Assembly: GCA_965235115.1 (NCBI GenBank)
Contig: OZ249436.1
Location: forward strand, 14,014,001 to 14,078,000
Reading direction: 5' to 3'
From: Laetmonice hystrix
Taxonomy: Eukaryota
DNA: 64,000 nucleotides
Numbering within the stretch: the stretch's first letter is position 1; each line of letters starts with the position of its first letter. The translations under genes were made by a program, and so were the position numbers. Shown piece after piece: positions 28,401 through 39,188 of the stretch. Under the pieces are notes generated by a model. It was not told the origin of the DNA and searched no databases. It was given only the letters and a program-made list of their open reading frames with translations.

Positions 28401-30426
28401 GGTGTGTAAAAATCAAACCAAAGCGCACCAATTTTCTTAAACTAAAAGTCACCACTTTTTGCATTTATTTCCTTATATTATTAATATTTTCAAGAAAAGA
28501 CACCTAATACTGAATGGACTAGATGGAGATGTACAGAGATACTCTAGACCATAGCTCAATATGGAGTTTCAAGTCCATGTACTGTGTACCTACAGTATAT
28601 TCCATGTATTGGTGTCCCTACTGAGCTGATAAATAATTAGGACTTTTCACCTTAAATAGAGTGGTGGGTCTCAGTCCAGAAAGGATGTACTCCCTCTCAG
28701 GTTCCAACAGTTTCTGCCAGTGTAAACAGCTAACTTTCTGAAATAAACCAATAAAAAACATTCTTATAGCACCTTTAGATCATTCGTTTCCAATTTTTCT
28801 GGTTTCTACATCCGTGTTATCCAGCCTTTATTATAAAGTACAGTAAAAACTGACTTTAGAACAGAACCAACGGTCATACTTTTGGTTGATAAAGGCATCA
28901 TTTTATAAATGTCACTGCTACATTACTGCTAGATCTTTGTGCTGAATAATGAGAGTAAAGAATTTAAGGAATTGACTGGGAAAGCCTGGAATCAAATTGT
29001 ATAGTGTTGTTATGTAACTCTTACTTTCACTAGAATATTTATCGTTACACCAGGGTCTTCTTCAAGCTGCACTATGAAAAGTGGTTCTCCCTTTATCCTT
29101 CAACATGAAAATAATCAGCAAAAATTCTGTTTAAAAAGGTAAATAAAAAAACTAAGCTTCAGAACTTCATCTTAAGGCATTAATGAACGGACAATGTGTC
29201 ACTCTAATAGCAGTGAAAACCTAAATGTATTTCATATCCATAATAAATCATATTGTAATACACCTTATTATTTCACTGAGGCCTTTCACAGTACCAATGA
29301 TATCCACAGTTTTCCTCTTTAATTTGTCTCTGTAAGAAATAAAAATAATTCAGATGAAAAACAGGACAAATTTAGTATTACTAGTTCACTGAATTCACTA
29401 CATCACTTACTTACATTATAACCACTGGTAGGACAGAGACAGTTGCCATACAAGATAATAAAATCTTTTGTTGTCCATCCTCAAGAATGGAAGCTATTTA
29501 AAGATTTCCATGGTAGCTCATCCTATCAGTAAAAGAGTATAACTAGGATTTGTACACCCTCATATACTGTACATACTTATTTTTCAGGAGGACGTCTGCA
29601 GAGGATACGGATACAACCCTAAGGACACTGTGCCGTACATCTCCCGCGATCTGACCCTCCATGATGTGTAGCTCGTCCACCTCCAGGAAGCCATTCTCAC
29701 TGTCACCCTCCCATCCATAATACCACCTCGTGCAAGCAACCCAACATCCTACCACGGCAAACTTGGAGGCGAGGCTTGAAACCTGAAATGTCAAAGTCTT
29801 TAGTTTTTTCCTTAAAATGATATCAGCTAGACAAAATGTGACTAAATGAGGCTGTATACTATGGTTTTCAATATCCATCATTTGGAGCATTCATACCCAG
29901 TCAAACCTGGAAGGTAGACATTAACTATAGCTTGAAATCTGTTTTACAATTATAAATTTTAATCTTACTTCACATGGTATGGTTCCAGTTTCATCCTCAA
30001 GGTAGAGGAGTCCAAACCACTTGTTTCTTGGTACTCGACGCGGGGCTGATGTTAGCCGACCACATAACACTAGAGTAGATCTCCTCAGCTCAGAGTAACC
30101 ATCCAGGCCTTATCAAAAACAAGACATGCAGAACATTAGTGGTTGTTCTTAAACCTTTGAACAGATTGAATCATTTTTTCCTTGTCAAGTACAGTGAAAA
30201 TCACGGGTGTAAGAGACATACCATTTCCTGTGAAATCCGTCGTTGAAGATTCCCCTTTAGCTGGGACAGCAGAAGACACAGACTCTTGGCACTGTAGCAG
30301 AGTCTGAACTTTAATCATTTTACATGTTTGGACCGTCTCTGAGTCCAGGCCCAGTGCTGTAGCCACACGCCCTGGGAGAGCATCTGTAGGTAGGCTGGGT
30401 AACTGGGGTCCCTTACAGTCCGACAT
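1415..30426 (-). CDS. CTC1: CST complex subunit CTC1 (multi-exon; final exon not found, probably left of the window)
   Basis: 21 phase-consistent GT-AG exons, 5'->3': 30426-30222, 30108-29969, 29782-29577, 29329-29264, 29097-29025, 28737-28651, 28362-28270, 27983-27885, 27562-27501, 27140-27041, 26743-26663, 25538-25411, 25172-25025, 24768-24580, 24069-23017, 22741-22638, 22427-22312, 18672-18423, 17788-17540, 15088-14944, 1535-1415 (3715 nt, about 1238 codons). Peptides are colinear with vertebrate CTC1 as I recall it: LLYLEDETGTIPCE, KLFSYQGIVT...GIYELDGK, LNDSLYWNY, ELVDKTGSVNCVV, VYIKPHNISYPLGLLGGA, Zn-ribbon CTDCGH...CTHVSC, IVDDGTSNA...QWKML, LFLQHLCDSPSV. The start codon is uncertain; an upstream exon at 31556-31468 is possible. 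Confidence 0.88.
2039..2420. repeat. 43-bp minisatellite, about 9 copies
   Basis: CAGCCTTCAATAATACCTTCTTGACTGACATTCATTCTCAGTG. Confidence 0.95.
4130..4424 (-). mobile_element. tRNA-derived SINE, degenerate (Meta-SINE-like core)
   Basis: On minus: A box TGGCGCAGTGG (4417-4407), degenerate B box GAGTTCGGC, core GCACGTTAAAGATCCCTTG, and tail GATATAGCTGAAATACTGCTG...GGCGTTAAGCACCAA followed by CTCA-like repeats. Confidence 0.7.
7186..8803. repeat. 67-bp minisatellite, about 24 highly homogeneous copies
   Basis: TCCTTCAAACCACATAATCATTGACTCTACACAACTCGTTCCTCAACTCACACGTGTACACTTCACG. Confidence 0.97.
9003..11543. repeat. 51-bp minisatellite, about 50 copies
   Basis: CACCCGACACTACCAGTGGTCATGGTGATCATGAGGAGCCCAGGTATATAA, with 50-bp variants. 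Confidence 0.97.
14431..14952. repeat. 57-62-bp minisatellite, about 9 copies, overlapping a CTC1 splice donor
   Basis: GATTAGCGTCATGTACATGT...GTCTTGTTTTACCGTACCTGTTTAT. Confidence 0.93.
17256..17474. repeat. 31-bp minisatellite, 7 copies
   Basis: CATATGGATCTTGAAATGATGACGACTCGAT. Confidence 0.97.
19850..20955. repeat. C-rich minisatellite of about 40 bp with variable poly-C and (CT)n
   Basis: CGTCAACCTGCTCCAGTCTCTCTCTCCTTAC(C)n(A). Confidence 0.95.
23017..24069 (-). CDS. CTC1: Largest CTC1 coding exon (351 codons, OB-fold region)
   Basis: Corresponds to ORF 23005..24069, bounded by tttag|GTG and AAG|gtatgc. VVVGVLQLDGQTGHVELVDKTGSVNCVV resembles CTC1 [27 protein letters not shown]. Confidence 0.85.
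27372..27489. repeat. 29-bp minisatellite, 4 copies
   Basis: TACATAATAACCGAG(T/G)TAGTGATGATCAA. Confidence 0.93.
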
Positions 30427-31248
30427 TCTCCTGGTGTGGACTTGTCAGTGAAAATGAAGCCAACCTGAAGGCAAAAACAGGTGCAATGTGTCATTTGGCC
30501 ACTGTCTACAAACCATAAACTTTCTTCAAACTTAGAATTTACTTTTAAGACCTGATTGTAGTGTGTGTAGAACTGAAAAGTCTGATAATCCCTATTTGTT
30601 ACTGTCAAATACTGAGCCGCAGTCATAGGCCAATGCGCCTTAACCTCAGCTCCCGTTGGATCACAGAACTTGAGCATTCCTGCACACTCATGCCTGAACA
30701 GGCATCTTTTTTTTTATTTCAGGTTGGAAGCATGGGTTATAATATGTTCACTTTCTTTTAAATAGTTGAAGTCATCAGACAATAGAAAGCATACAGCCAG
30801 GGGCAGATGAAAGTGACTGAGATGATGTTAATTTAAAACGGAAGTGAGAGGGTCCAAAGTAAGTTATGGTGTATTTATAGATTACAATAAGATATTTCTT
30901 TCCTTCCAGAAAGTTTAAAAATGTTATTGCAGTCTAAAATTATTGCAATATATTCATTAATTATTACATTGGAATTTGGGTGGACAAAACTCAAGGTCAA
31001 CAAGGATAGAGCTTCCCCCCCCCCCTCCCCCCAATCATGAGCCCCCCCCCCCCCTTTCTACTGGGTGGCACGTCACTTTTTGTTTTCTTTTTACATCAGT
31101 GATCACCAACTTTTGCTGGCTGGTGTACTGTGTGGATATCATGGACAGTACGGACGGCAACAGCAGTTACAGAACTGCACTGGCAGTGCCAGTGGCACTG
31201 GCCACGGTCACCCTGGCCACTGCCACTGGAGCAGAAGTCAGCACGCTG

Positions 31249-31361
31249 CCGAATAGTCCGGTGGAAGGAGTTCGTTTTCGTAACGCTATGGTGTGGGAGT
31301 GATACGGCCGTGGGGGATTCTATAATTCTTACCCGTGACGTCACTTCACTGACTTGAGCCG
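31249..31361 (+). repeat. Dispersed repeat, second copy at 54477-54607
   Basis: CCGAATAGTCCGGTGGAAGGA...TTTTCGTAACGCTATGGTGTGGGAGTGATACGGCC...TTCTTACCCGTGACGTCAC is shared by both loci. Confidence 0.85.
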
Positions 31362-31556
31362 CCACTGGCACTGGCCGGGGGAGTGGGCCACTGGCCAGCC
31401 AGGCAGCTGGGCCTTTGCCTTGGCCCCGCGGTGGTAGGCCTTGCCCTAGGTCTAACCCCACACTGACCAGTATACAGACTCTAGCATACTTTTAAACTTC
31501 ACATCCCCTTCTACTGATGGACTTAGACATCGATTTTCTGTATTCACAAACGGCAT

Positions 31557-31914
31557 TGCTGTGCCTGTCACTGTGTAGGACCACGCAGCATGCCGTTTCT
31601 TCTCACTTTCCTCAGTTCGTTTCCCCCGCCATGGTCGGTGTGTCACATGAAAGTTGTCACCCAGCAGAACAAATATCTGTGTCCCTGATGGAAAGCTTGC
31701 ATGCTTGTAACATGTCAAAATCTTACAAATGGCAATTATTTCTATATTCATATCTAACCAATGTAGCTACATTGTATTTGTCAAACTTGGTGATATTGGC
31801 AGAAATATTTTTAGATTTTACTTTGATATTTGAGGTGGCGCCACCTATCGCTATGTGACGAACTCGTTCATAAACATTCGTGGGACCATCATTCATTCGG
31901 TCGGGGCAGCGAAG
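31557..31914. promoter_or_regulatory. Probable bidirectional promoter between CTC1 and SLC25A46
   Basis: Divergent genes; candidate CTC1 first exon with donor TG|gtcagt at 31468; 14-bp palindrome AGGTGGCGCCACCT at 31833-31846. Confidence 0.5.
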
Positions 31915-34900
31915 ATGTCGGGGATCAAACCGATGGGGACAGAGATGATGCACAAACAGTCCCGTTCACCACGGGATCATGGAGATTTTTCTTCTCCTTA
32001 TCCGCTACAGGGACCTTCTGTGGTACATGCGGGTCACATATCTGAGCAGGAGGGTGGCCCGTTCATCACCGTGAGACCACAGACAGGTAGGCTACCAGCG
32101 CAGCGCAGTTTCTCAACTAAAATTTACTATTCTAAAATCTCCGTCCTTGAATGAATGATCCCTTTGGCGGGGGCCTAGGCTTGGGCTTGGCTGTCATTAA
32201 TTGTCAGAGGTTCAGAGCCTCAAGGTGGCGACAAAAAAAACTGTTTATGAATTCAAGAGGAATGAATGACACAACTAATACGACCGGTTGAGACCAAGTT
32301 TAGCTATCAAACGGGAGGTGATATTTATCCATAACCCACCAGGGGGCGTTGGGCCATAACCTACCAGGGGGCGTGTTAGTAGGCCCCGGTTTCAGAAAAA
32401 AAAACACTACATGTTGATGCCAAGTTCACTTAATAGATGATTTATAGAAACCTCTGTCTCTTTCAGAGCAAGTTCACAAATTTGCTGGACTTGGAGTTGG
32501 CCTTGCTGGGTAAGGCATTGACCTCTTAAGTGATAAGTTATTTCCAGTGCATATAGTCTAGTTAGGCTACTGATCAATTGCTTATCAGGACATAGAGGGT
32601 CTAGACATAGTCTAACGTTATAGAGCAAAATTCTCATATTTTTTTCATATTTAAAATATAGTTGATTAGTTGGCTCAAATCTACTCTGGATCAAAGTTAA
32701 ATGGTGATTGATTAAAAATAAGAATGATATCAGTTCCACAGAACACAAAAGAAGACAAGAATGTCATAATGTTAAATCAGTATTTCATACTAAGTTTATT
32801 TATGCAAATTTCAGTGTTTGTGCTGAGCATATCCTCTCCCATCCGTGCATCGTTTTGAGACGCCAGTGTCAGGTTCATCACAATGCTGCCTGGTTCCATG
32901 TCACACCATTCACACTCTTCCCTGTCATATTCAACATCCAGAGAAATCAGGTAATACATCAGAGGCATCAATATGCAATTTCAGTTTGTTCTATGCAAGT
33001 TTATTCTACTGAAAAGCATTAGTGCATTTGTAAACTAGTGCTCTTTAACCAAGGGGGTCTACTCTTAATTCTCCATTATGACTATGAAATTACTTACTCT
33101 CTCTGGTTATGGAGTTGACATAAGAGTTGCAGGTTGAACAAAATCTTGCGATGCATGTTCAGTAAGAAAACTAAATTTGTACAACTCCACATTAGGTGGA
33201 AGTTACTTACCCCGGTACAGTATAGCACATAGAACTTTATGTTGGCATAAAAAGAGATGTCAAAAATAAAATAACTGGGTGAGGCTGAAGGAAGCATTTA
33301 TAATAAGGAAGTGCGTCCTTCTATGTTTAAAAGGAAACATGTTCTCATTTATAAACAGTTTAAGAATGGCAAAAAGGCAAGTTTTATCTATAGCTTATTG
33401 TTCAGATTTTCCTTTGTATCATTACCTTAGCATTGGGTTTTATTTTGTATTTGCATGTTTTCAGATATATTTTATGTTAAGTTTTTCTCTTTTAGGAATT
33501 ATTTAGCTTTCACTCAAAAGATGATTGTTTAAATATGTGGTAAAAGTGTGCATGTTTATGTCCAACTTTAGTTTCATGCTGTATTATTCTGGGCTTTCAC
33601 AAACTAAGTCATCTGCTATGAAATTCACCTGAGAAAACACCTCCGAAAACATACCAAAAGATACTAAAGTGGTTTAATTATTTAAAGCTTACATTAGTTA
33701 CCATACATTACAAATGCAAAGGAAAGTAGTACCATTATTTAAACCTAAAAGGCATTTCAGTACCTAGGCATTCGAAAAAAAGGGTAAGATGTAAGCCTGA
33801 CTTATGGCAGATAAAATTTAGGTTAAAGCGTCACACATAATCTTTTATATGTGGAATTTAATTGGTGCTCAGAAACCTAAATGAACCTGTCTCGTTATGG
33901 TTGGAGATTTTGTTTGTGAATGTGATGTTGCTAAGCGTCATGACTTCTGTTACTGAGTGATTTATGTACATTTTTACTTTGTGTTAGAGTCTGACAACCA
34001 TGTGGAAAGGCATTGGAAGTACACTGACAGTGAAGGGTCTAGCCGTGGCCAGTGAAGCAGCCATAAGTGAGTTCACACCACTCCCAAAGTAAGTATGAAT
34101 ATTTGTTTCAAGGTTATGCCCAGGAATGCAATAAAATACCTATCTTTCTCAAGTTTCTTAATTCTAAAAAAGGCAAACTAGATTATGATCAAATAAAATT
34201 CAAGTTTTCGAACCATTTTGTGGAAAGCTGCCAGCCCCTCCAAATAGAAATATTTAAATCCTTTCCTTTTCATCATGTTCATAATATGAACTAATCTTAT
34301 TGATCCAAATTTTTTTCATGTATCAGCCTTTCTCCAGACTGTAGAAGGAACCGTTTGTAAAGTGTAGTCAGGATAGTTTATTGTTCATCATGCATTGATT
34401 GGTTTTTATTGGCAGGGAGGTAAATCGTCACAGCTCAATGAAGAAACTCGTTGAACATCTTCTTCTCAAGGGGTACGTCAGATTTATTTAAAGGCTGACT
34501 GGAAATTAACTTATACATGTAGATCCAATATCTGTCTTTTTGCTAAAATCAATAATCGCGCTTTACATCATGATTGATATGCAGAAGAAAACTTTATAAT
34601 AATAAAACATTTCCCAGTTAATTCTCAAACATTTTGTTTACCAGCTCTGCATACTGGAATTTACTTCCCAGTTATTTGCTAATATTTTTCTGCTTTTGCA
34701 GGCTGGGACTGGTAATCATCACACCATTCTATGCAGCAAGTCTTGTAGAGACAGTACAGGTAATATTGTGTTTACCAGTCGATGAAATATGTATATTTTC
34801 CAGCATTATCAATAATTATCAAGTATTATAAAGTATTATCAAGTATTTTCAGAACCAACTACACGTATGTATACATGTATAATGATGTCGTCATGTTTAG

Positions 34901-36435
34901 TTGATTCTGTTTAAGTCAGCGAAGTCTGCTTTCTTTGAATAGAGCGAGATAGCGAGTGAACGGCCTGGAGTGTTTGACTGTCTGCGGGAGGGGGCAAACC
35001 GTCTGCTGGGATGGAGTAGTTCTCACACTAACCGCCTGCTGCCAGTTTATAGACTGTTTGCACCGACCCTCCTCCATGGTCTATCCCATTACATCATCAC
35101 ATCCTTGGCCCATTACACAGTTCTTGTCTCTATACGCACCGAGATGCAAGAAAATAAGGTACATTGTCAAGGTCTTATACCCTTTACTGTAGTTGGCCAG
35201 GCAGTAGTTGTCCCTCCCCCTTTACTGGAGTAGTTGGCCAGACAATAGTAGTCCCTCCCCCTTTACTGGAGTAGTTGGCCAGACAATAGTAGTCCCTCCC
35301 CCTTTACTGGAGTAGTTGGCCAGGCAATAGTAGTCCCTCCCCCTTTACTGGAGTAGTTGGCCAGGCAAGAGTAGTCCCTCCCCCTTTACTGGAGTAGTTG
35401 GCCAGACAATAGTAGTCCCTGGGAACATTCCTCTTGAGCTTGTATGTTAACTGGATCTCCCAATCACATTGTGTATGAAGGGGTCTAAGATGTATTCAAG
35501 TAAGTCAGACGAAAGTCATCATTAGTAGTCACAGTCCTTGTACTTGTAGTTGTACTGAATGAAATTGGTAGTATTGTGTTTGACTTACTAGATACTTATT
35601 ATTGTGCCATGGCAGCAGATCGGAGTCCACAGTGCCATGCTTTTCATTACTCAATTCAGTAGGAGAATACACTAGAGTCAGTTATCATGACCTTGAGATA
35701 TGCTTATCAAACTAGGTTGAACTTTCCATTGTCTTAACGTGGAATATACAATAACATATAATTAAGTAATTAGTGAACCTTGAGAAACTATACTTGTAAA
35801 CAATTGAAACAGCAGCAGTAGAAGAAAAGGCATGACCTCATACTAACCTATGTCATTCTGGTTGATTTTTCCCCCCCTAGGACCATCAGAATCTGTCTGA
35901 CTCGCAAGACAAGGTACAATACGATGCTCATTATGCTGAGCTTATTGCCACGTTTACTGGCAACCTCCTGGCAGACACCATGCTGTATCCACTGGAGACG
36001 GTCCTCCATCGTCTCTGCCTGCAAGGAACACGTACCATCATTGATAACACCGACACTGGGGTCGGAGTGATGCCCATTATCACCCGCTATGAAAGCATGA
36101 CCGACTGCTTCTTGTCTATTATCCGTGAAGAAGGCCTGCTGGGACTTTACAAAGGTTTCGGTGCTCTGGTGTTACAGTATGGCCTTCACGTTGCCATCAT
36201 CAAGTTAACCAAGTTTATCTTTGAACATTTGTCACATAATCTACCGAAGGGTTCCGCAGCAAGAGCTGCTGAGGAGAGAGCGAGGCGGGTCCAGCCGCGA
36301 CCGTCAACCTCAAGGATGGAAGTCGTGCCACCTGTTCCACAGTCTTATCAACCCCAAGGGTACACACAGTATGGGTACCCTGAGGTACAGCCCTATGTCC
36401 CTGCCCATGGTAGGAACGAGTACCCCGATTTCTGA
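31915..36435 (+). CDS. SLC25A46: Mitochondrial outer-membrane carrier-like protein SLC25A46 (Ugo1-like), 445 aa
   Basis: 8 phase-consistent exons: 31915-32086, 32467-32509, 32815-32950, 33988-34088, 34416-34472, 34702-34759, 34943-35158, 35881-36435 (1338 nt). Family-typical peptides: KFAGLGVGLA, LSHPCIVLRRQCQV, MWKGIGS, PFYAASLVETVQSEIASE, LYPLETVLHRLCLQGTRTIIDNTDTG, GLYKGFGALVLQY. Confidence 0.95.
35180..35420. repeat. 41-bp minisatellite, about 6 copies
   Basis: CTTTACTGGAGTAGTTGGCCAG(A/G)CAATAGTAGTCCCTCCCC. Confidence 0.93.
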
Positions 36436-38048
36436 GCACTTCCATCCCTCACACTCGCATGTATGGTGATGTGTGTAGAAATGTGATATAAAAAATCAGT
36501 TTTTACTTGGTACATCAAGTTCGGTTAACATAAAAATGTTCACACGCTGGGCACAGCCAGGCCAGGTTCATATTATTTTTCGATGGCGTTATAAACCTAG
36601 TTGGTTTCTATTACGCACTAATTGATTGTTACTAAATGCACGTACAATCGCTTCTCCCTGTTCTGATATTCCGTATTTATGGAACACTTTGTAAGAAATG
36701 CTGATCATCAAACTCTGGCCAGATCTCAGGACAGATGACCATTCAGATTTTGTATAGGAAGGTAAAGGCCACGACATCTTCAGACTTCTCCTCTATTACC
36801 TCTCTGGGCTCAGAACGCCAGGCCTTAACTTATTAATAATTGCTTGTTAGGTGAAGTATTTTCTGATGCTTCAACAAAACGTACATGTACTGGGAATGTG
36901 CACCCCTTATTTCATCCAGGCCGTGGTTATTTTTCATTAAATAAACATACAAACAACAAAGTTCTGTCCTTGAATTAGCATTTAGTCATTTATAAAAAAG
37001 AAAAGAAAAAAGAACGACCTCTTTATACTACTAGTCCGTGGAAAATGGTTCAAGGTTTATGTTGTGAAGAATGCAGCAGTTTGGACAGTCTGAATATATC
37101 GGGGTGTCTAGGTTGTTTTGACTCTGTGTACATTATGTAATTATTGTGCAGTAATACTAATAGTAAGTTTTGTACAAAGCACATTCATGAGGTAAAAAGA
37201 AATGACCAATGTGCAGTGCCGCTTGTACAGGTAGCAGAGGCCTTTATAATGCAGATAATCTCGTTTGCCCTGGAAGCACTATGATTTCGATATACCGGTA
37301 CATTGTACAATGTGAATGTATGTAATTGTAAATGTCAAGTTATTAAATTATATGTATGTTGCGTTATAGCTGTGTGATAACAAAAGTCAATACGCGTTTT
37401 TATTTATTTAGGAGCCATTGTTTAAATACATCAGCACTTTAGTCGGAAAGTAATTGTTAAACATGCAGGTCAGAATATAGATCTATGTATATGTCTAGTT
37501 CAGTGGCATGTTTTGAGAGAAGGTTGTCGCTGGACAGGGAAAACTGTGGAGGCACTGGTACCACCGCATAGCTTCGAACAGGTTCACGGACTGTTTAATA
37601 GTGAACATAATGTTCGTCATGTTTAGGCGAATTCCTAGTGAAAGTGCCTCCAAAAATTCAGTTTTAGAATGGCTGATGTTTAGGTATCTTCCAATTTACA
37701 AAAGTTTGATCAGCTGATTATGACAAAAAGATGATAAATAAATGGACAACCCAAAGTACCATAGGTTGTTATGTTGAATTCTTGATTTTTCAAATTTTGC
37801 ACACATTTGACATATATTTTTTTTTCTATATGCTGTTTCTCTTACCGTATTATTTCTGTGTTCAGAACAAAATTGCCAGTATAATTTTATTAACCTCCCA
37901 CCCACACCTATTCAGCTATTATGTACACCACCCACACCTATTCAGCTATGGGCCTACTATCCGGCTTCTGAAAAACTCGCCCAATGCGCCGAGGTCGGTA
38001 TAGTAAAGGTGAGAATTGATAATGTACGATTTCACCAATGTATAAGTC

Positions 38049-39180
38049 GGGTGGCAGCGGTAGCCGTGGTGAATTTGTTGGGTGGCAGCGGTAGGCGGGA
38101 TGAATTTGTTGGGTGGCAGCGGTAGGTGGGATGAATTTGTTGGGTGGCAGCGGTAGGTGGGATGAATTTGTTGGGTGGCAGCGGTAGCCGTGGTGAATTT
38201 GTTGGGTGGCAGCGGTTGGTGGGATGAATTTGTTGGGTGGCAGCGGTAGCCGTGGTGAATTTGTTGGGTGGCAGCGGTTGGTGGGATGAATTTGTTGGGT
38301 GGCAGCGGTAGCCGTGGTGAATTTGTTGGGTGGCAGCGGTTGGTGGGATGAATTTGTTGGGTGGCAGCGGTAGCCGTGGTGAATTTGTTGGGTGGCAGCG
38401 GTAGGTGGGATGAATTTGTTGAGTGGCAGCGATGGTGGGATGAATTTGTTGGGTGGCAGCGGTAGGTGGGATGAATTTGTTGGGTGGCAGCGGTAGCCAT
38501 AGTGAATTTGTTGAGTGGCAGCGGTAGGCGTAGTGAATTTGTTGGGTGGCAGCGGTAGGTGGGATGAATTTGTTGGGTGGCAGCGGTAGGCGGGATGAAT
38601 TTGTTGGGTGGCAGCGGTAGCCGTAGTGAATTTGTTGGGTGGCAGCGGTAGGTGGGATGAATTTGTTGGGTGGCAGCGGTAGGCGTAGTGAATTTGTTGG
38701 GTGGCAGCGGTAGCCGTAGTGAATTTGTTGGGTGGCAGCGGTATAGGTGGGATGAATTTGTTGGGTGGCAGCGGTAGGCGTAGTGAATTTGTTGGGTGGC
38801 AGCGGTAGCCGTAGTGATTTTGTTGGGTGGCAGCGGTAGACTTTTCTAGGCGTAGTGAATTTGTTGGGTGGCAGCGGTAAGCGTAGTCACTAGTGAATTT
38901 GTTGGGTGGCAGCGGTAGGCGTAGTGAATGTGGCAGCGATAAGCGTTGTCACTAGTGAATTTGTTGGGTGGCAGCGGTAAGCGTAGTCACTAATGAATTT
39001 GTTGGGTGACAGCGGTAAGCGTAGTCACTAGTGAATTTGTTGGGTGGCAGCGGTAGGCGTAGTGAATTTGTTGAGTGGCAGCGGTAAGCGTTGTCACTAG
39101 TGAATTTGTTGGGTGACAGCGGTAAGCGTAGTGAATTTGTTGGGTGACAGCGGTAGCCGTAGTGAATTTGTTGATTGGCA
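38049..39180. repeat. 31-bp minisatellite, about 35 copies, directly 3' of the BBOX1-like stop codon
   Basis: TGAATTTGTTGGGTGGCAGCGGTAG(CCGTGG/GTGGGA/GCGTAG); longer variants toward the right end. Confidence 0.95.
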
Positions 39181-39188
39181 ATAGTAGC

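Noticed and set aside
37946..38500. 184-aa minus-strand ORF
   Set aside because: Translation of the 31-bp minisatellite cycling through its frames.
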